Shown: positions 30,187 to 39,919 of the stretch, piece by piece
Position numbering within the stretch: the first letter of the stretch is position 1
How the letters are laid out: every line of letters starts with the position of its first letter
Source: an uncultured Alphaproteobacteria bacterium
GTDB lineage: Bacteria > Pseudomonadota > Alphaproteobacteria > ATCC43930 > CGMCC-115725
Assembly (NCBI GenBank): GCA_963788085.1
Contig: CAWBFS010000016.1
Coordinates: 4,639-68,638, forward strand
Reading direction: 5' to 3'
Length of the DNA: 64,000 nt
Position numbers and translations under genes: made by a program
Notes under the pieces: model-generated
The model's input: the letters and a program-made list of their open reading frames with translations, nothing else
Database searches by the model: none
What the model was told of the DNA's origin: nothing

Positions 30187-31284
30187 TCAATCGAAGACGA
30201 TGACGCCGCGGGCGACCTCGCCGGCCAGCATCAGCGCGAAGCCTTCGTTGATCTCGTCGAACCGGTAGGTCCGGCTGATCAGATCGTCGAGGTTGATCTT
30301 CTTTTCCAGGTCGAGATCGGCGAGGATCGGGAAATCGATGTTGGGCCGCACCGAGCCGTAATAGGTGCCGCTGATGACCTTCTCGCCATAGACGATCTGC
30401 GACGGGTTGATCGGCGCCCGGGTCGCGAAAGCCGGGATGCCGACCAGCACCGCCCGCCCGCCGGGCGCGACGGCGTCGATCACCTGCAATGCAGTCTGCT
30501 CGCTGCCGATCGCATCGAAGGCGTAGTCGACGCCGAGCCCTTCGGTCATCTCCCGCACCCGTTCGACGACGTTCCCGTCGGTGGCATTGATCGTGTGCGT
30601 CGCGCCAAAATTCCTCGCATAGTCGAGCTTGTTGTCGCGTAAATCGCAGGCGATGATCGGGTTTGCTCCGGCGAGTTGCGCGCCTTGGACGACGTTGAGC
30701 CCGACGCCGCCGCACCCGACCACCAGCACGCTGGAGCCGGCCGGGACCCGGGCGTGTCGGATCACCGCGCCGATCCCGGTCGCGACGCTGCAGCCGATGA
30801 TCGCGGCATGGGTAAACGGCAGGTCGTCGCGCACCTTGACGACCTGCTCGGCGGGACAGACGACCTCTTCGGAGAACGTTCCGATACGCGCCATCTGATT
30901 GACCGGCTCGCCGTTCAGCCTGACGCGGGCCGTCCCGTCATGCATGCGCCAGCGCGGCGTGTCGTTGTGGCCGATGCACAGCACGCTCTGGCCGGAAGAG
31001 CAATAGCGGCAGCGCCCGCAATGTGGCCGGAACGAGAAGATGACGTGGTCGCCGGGCCTCACATTGTCGACGCCCGGCCCGTTCTCGACGACGATGCCGG
31101 CGGCCTCGTGCCCGAGCACCATCGGCAGCGGCAACGGCCAATCCCCGTTCATGATGTGCCAGTCGCTCATGCAGACGCCGGCTGCCTTGACCTGGACGCG
31201 GACCTCTTTGGACTTTGGCGGCTCCTGCTCGAGATCGAGGATCTGCAAGGGTTTGTTAACTTCCGTGAGAACCGCGGCGCGCAT
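30187..31284 (-). CDS. Zinc-dependent alcohol dehydrogenase (MDR family)
   Basis: GVCMSDWH, GHEAAGIV, a structural-zinc CGRCRYC cluster and VVGCGGVGL over 365 aa. Confidence 0.85.
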   Translation of the reverse strand: MRAAVLTEVNKPLQILDLEQEPPKSKEVRVQVKAAGVCMSDWHIMNGDWPLPLPMVLGHEAAGIVVENGPGVDNVRPGDHVIFSFRPHCGRCRYCSSGQSVLCIGHNDTPRWRMHDGTARVRLNGEPVNQMARIGTFSEEVVCPAEQVVKVRDDLPFTHAAIIGCSVATGIGAVIRHARVPAGSSVLVVGCGGVGLNVVQGAQLAGANPIIACDLRDNKLDYARNFGATHTINATDGNVVERVREMTEGLGVDYAFDAIGSEQTALQVIDAVAPGGRAVLVGIPAFATRAPINPSQIVYGEKVISGTYYGSVRPNIDFPILADLDLEKKINLDDLISRTYRFDEINEGFALMLAGEVARGVIVFD

Positions 31285-31603
31285 GAAGCCCTCCCTCGGC
31301 CGGGATTAGCCGGATCGAACGGCATATAACCTTAGTTCCGCACGCCATCGGGTTCGCGTCAACTGGCCAGGCGGGCGGAGACGTCCAGCCCCTCGCGCCC
31401 GGATTCGCAAAATCGGCCGGATTTTAGTTGACTTGGTTCCTGATTCGTTCTAGGGTCCAAAACATAAACATGCAGTCCGAATTCAACCGTGGCGACCGCT
31501 TTTTCAATCTGCGTTGGGCCGAGGCCGTTTCGATAAGAGGGACAAACGGGCCGGCAGATACCGCGTCATTCGCATAATCATTTTCATTCTGGAGTACTAT
31601 GCA

Positions 31604-32374
31604 ATGTCACATATTTCTAATATCGACTTGACTGAGCGCGAGGAGATCGCGCCGCGCTCGGACGCACTCGATGAATTCCCGGTCGCGATAAGCAGACTTG
31701 CCGAGCAGCATCGCCCGTCGCGGATGCCATTTTTCCGCAATCTCGCGGCCCTCGACCACGCGGCCGCCAGCGATCCGGCATTTCTCGGTCAGATACATCT
31801 TGTCTATCAGGCGGCGATGCACGCCACGCGTGCCGCCGTCTATTATCTGCCGCATCTCGACAGCCCGGCCCTGCGCAAGCGCAAGCTTCAGATATTCGTC
31901 GACGACGATGGCCTGCCGGGCGGCGATACGCACCATTACCAACTGACGCGAGCCTTTCGCAATATCGGCGCCAAATGCGTGCTCGACGACGAGGCGTTCG
32001 CGGAGCCGGAGGAGTTGTGCCGCCATCTCGATGGCGAGGCGGCCCAATTCGTGCGCCTCGCCAAAACGCTCTATTCGCGCTCGCTGGGCCCATGGTGCGC
32101 GATCGAGGTGATGTCGGTCGATTGGATGCGCGCGCTTGCCGATGCCTTGTCGGTCCATTTCCCGCAATTCGCCGATGAGCCGTATTTTGCGGAGTGCTTT
32201 TCCGAGATGGTCGAAGAGCGCCACGCCGAGGAGTCGCTGTCGGTGACCCAGATGGTCCTGAGCGCGCGCCCGGACTTGCTGCCCGCAACGATCGAGGACG
32301 CCAAGATCATGGCCGAGGCGCTCGACGGGGTATGGACCCATCTCGACCGAATTGTCGAGATCGCCCGACAATAG
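31604..32374 (+). CDS. Heme-oxygenase-like fold, iron-containing redox enzyme family (DUF3865/Haem_oxygenas_2-like)
   Basis: 256 aa from the ATG at 31604 (GGAG 9 nt upstream). All-helical, with carboxylate/His pairs spaced as in HO-like di-iron enzymes (DTHHY, AIEVMSVD, EMVEERHAEE). The family call rests on my recollection of the fold family. Confidence 0.55.
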   Translation: MSHISNIDLTEREEIAPRSDALDEFPVAISRLAEQHRPSRMPFFRNLAALDHAAASDPAFLGQIHLVYQAAMHATRAAVYYLPHLDSPALRKRKLQIFVDDDGLPGGDTHHYQLTRAFRNIGAKCVLDDEAFAEPEELCRHLDGEAAQFVRLAKTLYSRSLGPWCAIEVMSVDWMRALADALSVHFPQFADEPYFAECFSEMVEERHAEESLSVTQMVLSARPDLLPATIEDAKIMAEALDGVWTHLDRIVEIARQ

Positions 32375-32575
32375 GCGGCGCAGTCGTACTAGCGTATTGG
32401 CCTGAGTTGCCGGCGCGGTCCTAGCAGGATCTCGACCCCCTGCCGCTTCTGGCCTGATAGCAAAAGCGGTCAGCTGCAGCCGCGACGCGGCTAGTGGCGG
32501 TCCACCGGCAACACGCGGGGCGGCTGCTCCGGTGTGGCGCCCGGACGGCCGCACATCGTCAAGGACTCGATTTCG

Positions 32576-33739
32576 ATGCGAATTAACGCACCGGCCAGAT
32601 TGGCCGTGGCCTGGCTGACCATGTTTCTGGTCGGAACCGAGCTGTTCGTCTTTTCTCCTTTGCTGCCAGTGCTGGCGGCCGATTACCACATCGCTCCGGC
32701 CTTGGCGGGGCTGTCGGTGACGATGTTCTCGGTGGCCTATATGGTGAGCGCTCCGCTGTTCGGGTATTTCTCGGATCGGATCGGACGCCGGCGGGTTTTG
32801 ATCTGTTCCCTCCTCGCCTTCGCACTCGCCAATATCCTCACCGCCGGCGCCGCCGATCTGGCGTCCCTGCTCGCAGTCAGGCTTTTTGCCGGCGCCGCGG
32901 CGGCGGGTGTGTCGCCATCGATCTATGCGCTTGTCGGCAGCGCCGCCCCGCCAAGCCGCCGGGCCACCTGGCTGGCGCTGGTGGTCTCCGGTCTGTTGGT
33001 CTCCCTTGCACTCGGCGCGTCGGCGGGCGGCGTGGTGGGAGTCCTCTTCGGCGGTCCGCCGGTATTCCTCGCGCTCGCCAGCCTCGGTCTGGTGCTGGTC
33101 TGGCTGAACCGATGGGTCTGGCCATGCGATCACGGCAGCGCCGAAGCCGGTCTCGACGCCGCCGCTCGCGATCCGCTTGCGGCTCTTGTTCTGGTGCGGC
33201 GCTTGATCCCGATGGTGCTGTGGAGCACCGGCCTTTACGGCGTCTACACCTACCTCGGCGCGGGCCTCGCTGCCGTAGGGTTCTCGACCGGACAGACCGC
33301 CGCGGCCATCCTATTTTATGGCTGCGGCGCAATTGTCGGGGTTCTTGTCGGCGGCCGCGTGGCCGATCGGCTCGGCTGTCGATTTACCGCGACCGCGAGC
33401 TTTGCCGGCCTGTGCGCTTGCCTGCTGCTGGTGCGGCTGGCGCTCGACGCAGGCAGGTTGGTCGAACCCGCCCTGGGCGTCAGCTCGGCGGTCGCGCAGC
33501 TGTTCTTTCCGGCCCAGCAAGCCGGTCTGGCAAATGATTTCCCCCGCCAACGCGCTGCGGTGCTCGCCTGGAACAACAGCGCGCTGTTCTTGGGCATTTC
33601 GCTCGGCTCCCTTATCGGCGGGGAAGCGATTGCACTGGGAAGTTTCGGAGCTGACTTGATCATCTCTGCCGGCATCGCTTTGGCAGGATGCATTATCAAC
33701 GCGATCCTGGCCCCGGGTCGGGTACGAGCGAGCCGGTGA
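32576..33739 (+). CDS. MFS transporter
   Basis: About 12 hydrophobic segments and the MFS signature GYFSDRIGRRRV between TM2 and TM3. Confidence 0.85.
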   Translation: MRINAPARLAVAWLTMFLVGTELFVFSPLLPVLAADYHIAPALAGLSVTMFSVAYMVSAPLFGYFSDRIGRRRVLICSLLAFALANILTAGAADLASLLAVRLFAGAAAAGVSPSIYALVGSAAPPSRRATWLALVVSGLLVSLALGASAGGVVGVLFGGPPVFLALASLGLVLVWLNRWVWPCDHGSAEAGLDAAARDPLAALVLVRRLIPMVLWSTGLYGVYTYLGAGLAAVGFSTGQTAAAILFYGCGAIVGVLVGGRVADRLGCRFTATASFAGLCACLLLVRLALDAGRLVEPALGVSSAVAQLFFPAQQAGLANDFPRQRAAVLAWNNSALFLGISLGSLIGGEAIALGSFGADLIISAGIALAGCIINAILAPGRVRASR

Positions 33740-33886
33740 CGCACCGCACCCAGACGGTTTTTTGACGCCGTGCTGACACCGAATTGACGAATATACGATA
33801 AATTTGCATGAAACCGGTTGCGACAGCGGCCTGCCCGCTGCGCCCCGGCGGCGACGAAGCTCTCGCCGGGGGCATCAGTGGGCAAT

Positions 33887-34699
33887 ATGGATAACGAAAT
33901 CACTCCCGAAGCGCGAAACCGCGGCGCGTCGATCTGCTCGATGGTGCAAACGGCGCTGCGCCAAAACCGGCTGCTTTTCGCATTCCAACCCGTGGTTTGC
34001 GCGGCGACGGGAGAAACGGATTATTTCGAATGCCTGCTGCGCATGCGCGATGTGAGGGGAGGCATCATCGCCGGCGGCGAATTCATCACGCCCATCGAAC
34101 AACTGGGTCTGATAGGATTCATTGACGATTACGTTCTCGAACTCACTGTCCGGGAACTCGCCAGGCATCCCGGGCTAAGGCTCGGGCTGAACATATCCGG
34201 GCTCACGGCATGCATCGGGCCGTGGCTGCAATCTTTGGTTTCGGCGTTGCAGTATCGGCCCGATGTCGCCCACCGGCTGGTCGTGGAGATCACGGAAACT
34301 GCGGAACTGTCCGACCTCGAAGAGTCGGCGCGCTTTGTCGCCGCGCTGCGTGGCGCCGGATGCCGGGTGGCGCTCGACGATTTCGGCGTCGGTCACGCCT
34401 CGTGGCAGCACCTCGAGAATTTGTCGGTCGACACCGTCAAGATCGACGGTTCGTTTGTGCGAAACCTGGCAGATAGCCACGAAAGACGCGTTCTTTTGCG
34501 GGATCTGCTCCGACGCATCAGCGGTCTCGGCTGCATTACCGTGGCCGAAGGAGTGGAGAACGCCGCCGACGAGGCGGCCGCGCGGGCAGAGGGGTTCGGC
34601 TATCTGCAGGGTTATCATCTGGGTGCGCCTACAATCGAGCGCGCTTGGCTCGATCAGACATCGACCGCTGAATGGCTGGCAGCGGTCCTGCCCGGATGA
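33887..34699 (+). CDS. Stand-alone EAL-domain protein (c-di-GMP phosphodiesterase-like)
   Basis: FQPVV......YFECLLRM, VVEITE, ALDDFGVGH, VKIDGSFV, AEGVE and LQGY motifs. Confidence 0.85.
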   Translation: MDNEITPEARNRGASICSMVQTALRQNRLLFAFQPVVCAATGETDYFECLLRMRDVRGGIIAGGEFITPIEQLGLIGFIDDYVLELTVRELARHPGLRLGLNISGLTACIGPWLQSLVSALQYRPDVAHRLVVEITETAELSDLEESARFVAALRGAGCRVALDDFGVGHASWQHLENLSVDTVKIDGSFVRNLADSHERRVLLRDLLRRISGLGCITVAEGVENAADEAAARAEGFGYLQGYHLGAPTIERAWLDQTSTAEWLAAVLPG

Positions 34700-37600
34700 T
34701 CGAAGGCGAGCGCCGATCGAGGCCTTGGCCCGTGGTGCGGATCGGTTTGACCGGAAGGATCCTGATTCTGGTGATCTTTGCCGTCGTTCCGGCGCTCGTG
34801 ATCCAGGCCTGGAACGAATACGATCTGCGCATCGCTCGTGAGTCCGATATCCGCCAGCAAGTCGTGCAGACTACCAAGCAATTCGGCGAGGAAATCGGCG
34901 AGCTGCGTGAAGGTGCTCGCCAACTGCTTCTAGCACTTGCTCAGCTGAACACCGTCAAAACCCGGCAACCGGGCGCTTGCAGCCCGCTTTTCGCGAAACT
35001 GAAGGCACGCTTTGCCAATTACGGTCTGCTCGGAGCGGCCGACACCAGCGGCCGGATCTTTTGCACCAGCGAGCCGACATCGTATTCGTCTGTTGCGGAC
35101 CAACCCTTCTTCGGGCGTGCTATGGCCCAGCCCGGGCTCGCCGTCGGAAATTATTGGGTCGATCCGGCCAATGGCCAGCGGATGATCCATTTTGCCGAGC
35201 GCTTCGAGGACGACGAGGGCCGCACCGCCGGTGTCGTATTCGCCGGCCTCGACTTGGCGTGGCTTTCCGACCACCTCGCAAAGCGCGGCTTGCCGCCGAC
35301 CGCCTCGATCTTGATCGCCGATCGCGAGGGCAACATCATTGCGAGGTTACCTCATCCGGAACTCCTCGTCGGCAAGAACATGAGGAAGTCCCATGAAGCC
35401 ATCATGGATGGGGAGCAATCGGGATGGGAAGAATCGGTCGGCGTCGATGGGACGACGCGGATTTTCGGATATCTCCCGCCTGCTTTGCCGCCGAAGGATT
35501 TCTTTCTCAGCGCCGGCCAGACCAAAGCCGAAGCCTTTGCCGCGATCGACAGCGCCACTCGGCGCGGCGTTGGGCTGATCCTGGCCGGTCTCTTGGCGGC
35601 AGTGTACGCGGCCTGGGCGGGGGGCCGCAATTTCATCCGCCGGCCGATCGGAGGGCTGCTCAAGGTCACCGCCGAATGGCGTAAAGGCAACTACGCCGCG
35701 CGCGCACATCTGGAAGACCGGTCTTCGGAAATCGGCCGACTTGGAGCGGCGTTCAATGAGATGGCGGACGCACTCGCGGCGCGGCATGCGGCTCAGCAAA
35801 GCGCCGAGGAGGAGCTGCACGGGCTGAATGCGACGCTCGAATCGCGGATCGAGCAGCGCACCGTCGAGTTGGAGGGAGCGGTTCGGGCCAAATCGCAGTT
35901 CCTGGCCAATATGAGCCACGAAATTCGCACGCCGCTGAACGGCGTCCTCGGCATGCTCGAACTCGTCCGCCAAACCGAGCTTGGACCGCCGCAGCAACGC
36001 TTTATCGAGACCGCACGACGCTCCGGCGAGACCTTGCTCGGGGTCATCAATGGCGTTCTCGACCTCTCCAAGATCGAGGCCGGCAAGCTCGAACTCGAGC
36101 AAAGCGCTTTCGATCTGCGGATCGTTGTGGAGGAGGTGACCGAACTCTTCAGCGAGTTGGCGTATGGCAAAGGGCTCGAATTGGCCTGCTTCGTCCCGGC
36201 AACTGTGGAAACCGCATTGATCGGCGATGCCGGACGCTTGCGCCAGATCTTGACGAACCTGATCGGCAATGCAGTCAAGTTCACCGAGCGAGGAGAGGTC
36301 GGTGTTCGCGCCTGCGCATTGGAACGCGATGCATCCTCGGTCTTGATGGCCTTCGAGGTCGTCGATACCGGGATAGGCATTCCGGCCGAAAAGTGCCGGC
36401 ACATATTCGAAGCGTTTGCCCAAGCCGACAGCTCGACGACACGCCGATACGGCGGAACCGGACTTGGGCTGTCGATCGCCAAACATTTTTGCGAGACGAT
36501 GGGCGGTTCGATCGACGTCGCCAGCGAGCCGGGTGCCGGGTCGAAATTTCGCTTCACCGCCAGGCTCGGATTGCAGCCGTCTGCGGCCGATAGAACCCGG
36601 TCACCTCTGCGGCCTCGAGCCGGAGAACCGGCCTTGGTGGTCATCGGCAATGTCCTCAACCGAGAGATACTGGACGACCAGCTGTCAGCCGGGAACATTG
36701 CGATGACGCACGCCCAGACCGGCTTGGCCGCCCTCGGCGCGCTGCGCACCGCAGCCTTTAACAACGAGCCGTTCGGGCTGGTGATCATCGATCACTCGCT
36801 GCCCGACATGACGGGCGTCGAGCTGGCGGATGCCATCATTACCGCCTCCGAGGGGGTCGATCAGCAGATCATTCTCCTCACCTCGCTCGATCAGGACCTC
36901 CGACAGATGGCAGAAGGTGCGCTCAGGCGCCTGACGAAGCCGATACGACAATCGGCGCTGTGGGATTGCATCGCGGCGAGCGTTCAGCCGGTTCCGGCAA
37001 TTACCTCTGTGCCGAAAGCGCCGGCGGCGGATCAGCCCGGTAAAGGCCGGGCGCCGGTCCTCGTAGTGGAAGACAACCCCGTCAACCTGGAAGTCGCTGT
37101 CGCCATTCTCGAGAGCATGGGGTGCATCGTCGAGACCGCGGCCCACGGGCGGCACGCGCTCCACCGTCACGCAAGCGGCGAATACGGCCTGATCTTCATG
37201 GATTGCCAAATGCCCGAGATGGACGGGTTCGAGGCGGCGGCAGAAATCCGCCGGCGCGAGGCCCTCTCCGGGAGGCATACCCCGATCGTTGCACTGACTG
37301 CGAGCGTTGTGGAGGACGGTCGTCGGAGGTGCCTAGCGGTGGGTATGGACGACTATCTCGCGAAACCGTTCACGCTGGAGCAGATGAGGGCAATGCTGAC
37401 GACGTGGCTGGGTCCGCGCGAACGCCCGGCTACGCGAGAGCACTTGTCGCTCGTCACGCAGGCGGTGGCAGCTCCCGACCCGATCGATGAGCAGGTATTG
37501 GCTTCACTGGGGCGACTGCAAACGGAGGGGCGGCCCGACATCGTGCAGCACCTCATCGAACTGTTTTTCAAGGACGGGGCAGATCTCCTGATGGATTTGG

Positions 37601-37830
37601 AGAGCGGCGCGGCAACAGGTGACGCCGCGCTCCTCTACCGCGCCAGTCATGCGCTGAAGTCGGCGAGCGCGAATCTGGGGGCGATTGCGTTGTCGGCGCA
37701 TTGCCAAGAGCTCGAAGCGCTCTCGAAATCGGGCACGGTTACGGACGCCGCGCGGCTGGTCAAGGCAATCCGCGAAGACTATCGCACCGTCGAAGCGCGA
37801 CTTTCTGACCGCCTGCCACAGGTCGCCTGA
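34696..37830 (+). CDS. Hybrid sensor histidine kinase: TM-dCache-TM-HAMP-HisKA-HATPase-REC-REC-Hpt
   Basis: SHEIRTPLNGVLG H-box, GGTGLGLSI G2 box, two receiver domains (IIDHSLPDM, IFMDCQMPEMDG) and a C-terminal Hpt (SHALKSASANLGA). The ATG at 34696 forms an ATGA overlap with the EAL stop; an alternative ATG is at 34672. Confidence 0.9.
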   Translation: MIEGERRSRPWPVVRIGLTGRILILVIFAVVPALVIQAWNEYDLRIARESDIRQQVVQTTKQFGEEIGELREGARQLLLALAQLNTVKTRQPGACSPLFAKLKARFANYGLLGAADTSGRIFCTSEPTSYSSVADQPFFGRAMAQPGLAVGNYWVDPANGQRMIHFAERFEDDEGRTAGVVFAGLDLAWLSDHLAKRGLPPTASILIADREGNIIARLPHPELLVGKNMRKSHEAIMDGEQSGWEESVGVDGTTRIFGYLPPALPPKDFFLSAGQTKAEAFAAIDSATRRGVGLILAGLLAAVYAAWAGGRNFIRRPIGGLLKVTAEWRKGNYAARAHLEDRSSEIGRLGAAFNEMADALAARHAAQQSAEEELHGLNATLESRIEQRTVELEGAVRAKSQFLANMSHEIRTPLNGVLGMLELVRQTELGPPQQRFIETARRSGETLLGVINGVLDLSKIEAGKLELEQSAFDLRIVVEEVTELFSELAYGKGLELACFVPATVETALIGDAGRLRQILTNLIGNAVKFTERGEVGVRACALERDASSVLMAFEVVDTGIGIPAEKCRHIFEAFAQADSSTTRRYGGTGLGLSIAKHFCETMGGSIDVASEPGAGSKFRFTARLGLQPSAADRTRSPLRPRAGEPALVVIGNVLNREILDDQLSAGNIAMTHAQTGLAALGALRTAAFNNEPFGLVIIDHSLPDMTGVELADAIITASEGVDQQIILLTSLDQDLRQMAEGALRRLTKPIRQSALWDCIAASVQPVPAITSVPKAPAADQPGKGRAPVLVVEDNPVNLEVAVAILESMGCIVETAAHGRHALHRHASGEYGLIFMDCQMPEMDGFEAAAEIRRREALSGRHTPIVALTASVVEDGRRRCLAVGMDDYLAKPFTLEQMRAMLTTWLGPRERPATREHLSLVTQAVAAPDPIDEQVLASLGRLQTEGRPDIVQHLIELFFKDGADLLMDLESGAATGDAALLYRASHALKSASANLGAIALSAHCQELEALSKSGTVTDAARLVKAIREDYRTVEARLSDRLPQVA

Positions 37831-37875
37831 ATCCAAGTCGCCTGAATCCAAGTCGCCTGAATCCAAGTCGCCTGA
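37822..37875. repeat. Perfect 15-bp tandem repeat, 3.6 copies
   Basis: (GTCGCCTGAATCCAA) x3 plus GTCGCCTGA. The first unit contains the last two codons and the TGA stop of the hybrid kinase. Confidence 0.95.
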
Positions 37876-38160
37876 TAGCAAACGGATGGTCAGCGCACCG
37901 ATCCCGTCGCGCTGCTCGCCGGATGGTGCGAGGCGGCCTAGGCTAAACTTGCGGAATTTCGCCAGTCCGATGCGGCAAAGGTCTCTCTCGATTTTCCGGT
38001 CCCGACGCCCAGAGGCCGGAGCGAGATCCTGGCGAAGGACGTTTTTTTGACGGATCTCGGCGTAGCCCCGGCGTGAAAATGTAGACGGGCGACGCATTTT
38101 GCGCTCGAGACGGCGCCGAGCCCAACGCCGCGGAAAGATGGGCGAACCAGAGGTTTCTCA

Positions 38161-38712
38161 ATGAACAACTTCTACCTCGAAGTGATTTCGCTGGTCGAGC
38201 GCCTTCATCGCCAATTCTTGGAGGTCGTCAAGCTCGAGCTGGAAGGACTCCGCGTCCACGACATCAACAACGTCCAGGCAATGATGTTGTTCAATATTGG
38301 GGACGCGGAGATGACGGTAGGCGAGCTCACCTTGCGCGGCTGCTATCTCGGGTCCAACGTCTCCTACAACGTCAAGAAAATGGTCGAGAACGGGTATCTG
38401 GCGCATGAGCGCTCGGTGCACGACCGGCGCTCGATCCATGTTCGATTGACCGAGAAAGGGGGCAAACTGCGGGACCGCTTGAGCGCCATGCATCAGCGCC
38501 ACGGCCAGATGCTTTCACAGGCGACGCTCACCGGCGACGATCTGCAGAATACCAGCGTTACGTTGCGCAAACTCGAACGCTTCTGGATCCGCGCTGCCGA
38601 CTTGGTTCAGCGCGCACCACCACAGTTTGAGGCGAACGTGGCCGAGGTCCCCGCTTCCGGCACGAACCCCAACCGCAATGATTTCGGCCCCAGAATCTCT
38701 TCCGGAGGCTAG
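38161..38712 (+). CDS. MarR-like winged-helix transcriptional regulator
   Basis: 183 aa. A wHTH core (MTVGELTLRGCYLGSNVSYNVKKMVENGYLAHERSVHDRRSIHVRLTEKG) is followed by a low-complexity tail. Confidence 0.65.
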   Translation: MNNFYLEVISLVERLHRQFLEVVKLELEGLRVHDINNVQAMMLFNIGDAEMTVGELTLRGCYLGSNVSYNVKKMVENGYLAHERSVHDRRSIHVRLTEKGGKLRDRLSAMHQRHGQMLSQATLTGDDLQNTSVTLRKLERFWIRAADLVQRAPPQFEANVAEVPASGTNPNRNDFGPRISSGG

Positions 38713-38725
38713 AATCTCCTCCGGA
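38701..38725. terminator. Bidirectional hairpin between the convergent MarR-like gene and recA
   Basis: 8-bp perfect stem TCCGGAGG / CCTCCGGA with a 9-nt loop that spans the MarR-like stop codon. Confidence 0.5.
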
Positions 38726-38735
38726 ATCTGACTGA

Positions 38736-39803
38736 CTATTCTTCGGCTGCAGCCTCTCCCGGGGCTGCCATCATCGCTTCGGCGACGAGACCGGCATTGC
38801 CGCGTATCGCGTGCTCTATCGTCTCGCCGATCTCGGCATGCTCCTTTAAATGAGCCTTGGCGTTTTCACGTCCTTGGCCAATGCGCTGGCCATCATAGGA
38901 AAACCAAGAGCCTGACTTCTCGACGACGCCAGCCTGAACGCCCAGGTCGATCAGTTCGCCACGCTTCGATATCCCCTCGCCGTACATGATATCGAAATCG
39001 ACGACCTTGAAAGGCGGCGCCATCTTGTTCTTGACGACCTTGACGCGGGTTTGGTTGCCGATGACCTGGTCCCGCTCCTTGATCGCGCCGATGCGCCGGA
39101 TGTCGAGACGGACCGAGGCATAGAATTTGAGGGCGTTGCCGCCCGTCGTGGTCTCCGGATTGCCGAACATCACGCCGATCTTGTGGCGGATCTGATTGAT
39201 GAAGATCACCATTGCGCGGGAACGGGCGATCGAGCCGGTCAGCTTGCGCAATGCCTGGCTCATCAGCCGGGCGTGCAGCCCCATATGGCTGTCACCCATT
39301 TCGCCTTCGAGTTCGGCGCGCGGGACGAGGGCCGCCACCGAATCGATGACGAGCACGTCGATAGCGCCGGAGCGGACGAGCGTGTCCGCTATCTCCAGCG
39401 CCTGCTCGCCGGCATCGGGCTGGGAAATCAGCAAATCGTCGATATTTACGCCAAGCTTGCGGGCATATGCCGGGTCGAGCGCGTGCTCGGCGTCGATGAA
39501 GGCGCAGGTGCCGCCGCTGCGCTGGGCTTCGGCAATCACATGCAGGGCAAGCGTCGTCTTGCCGGAGCTCTCCGGCCCGTAAATCTCGATAATTCGCCCG
39601 CGCGGCAGTCCGCCGATGCCGAGCGCGATGTCGAGACCCAAAGATCCGGTCGATATTACCTCGCTATCGGCGGCCGCCTCGCGCGATCCGAGCTTCATGA
39701 TCGAACCCTTGCCGAAAGCGCGTTCGATTTGCCCGAGCGCCGCGTCCAAAGCCCGCTGCTTGTCCATTGCTTCCTTGTCCAAGAGGCGCAATGCGGTCTG
39801 CAT
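38736..39803 (-). CDS. recA: Recombinase RecA
   Basis: 355 aa with [10 protein letters not shown], the L1/L2 regions and full collinearity with RecA. Confidence 0.97.
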   Translation of the reverse strand: MQTALRLLDKEAMDKQRALDAALGQIERAFGKGSIMKLGSREAAADSEVISTGSLGLDIALGIGGLPRGRIIEIYGPESSGKTTLALHVIAEAQRSGGTCAFIDAEHALDPAYARKLGVNIDDLLISQPDAGEQALEIADTLVRSGAIDVLVIDSVAALVPRAELEGEMGDSHMGLHARLMSQALRKLTGSIARSRAMVIFINQIRHKIGVMFGNPETTTGGNALKFYASVRLDIRRIGAIKERDQVIGNQTRVKVVKNKMAPPFKVVDFDIMYGEGISKRGELIDLGVQAGVVEKSGSWFSYDGQRIGQGRENAKAHLKEHAEIGETIEHAIRGNAGLVAEAMMAAPGEAAAEE

Positions 39804-39875
39804 TGTTCCGTGTCCTTATTCCATACCCGATGATGCCGTGCAACGCGGCCCGGGAACGCCGCCCGGACTACCTGT

Positions 39876-39890
39876 GTACACGTTTTGTTC
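39876..39890 (-). promoter_or_regulatory. Candidate alphaproteobacterial LexA (SOS) box upstream of recA
   Basis: GTAC-N7-GTTC on the plus strand, one mismatch from the GTTC-N7-GTTC direct-repeat consensus, 73-87 nt upstream of the recA ATG. Confidence 0.4.
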
Positions 39891-39919
39891 GAACAACGCA
39901 ATACCCGGAAGTATGCGCT

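Noticed and set aside
37822-37875. Possible CRISPR array.
   Set aside because: The units are contiguous 15-mers with no spacers, there are only 3.6 copies, and no cas genes occur anywhere in the window. It is a simple tandem repeat.
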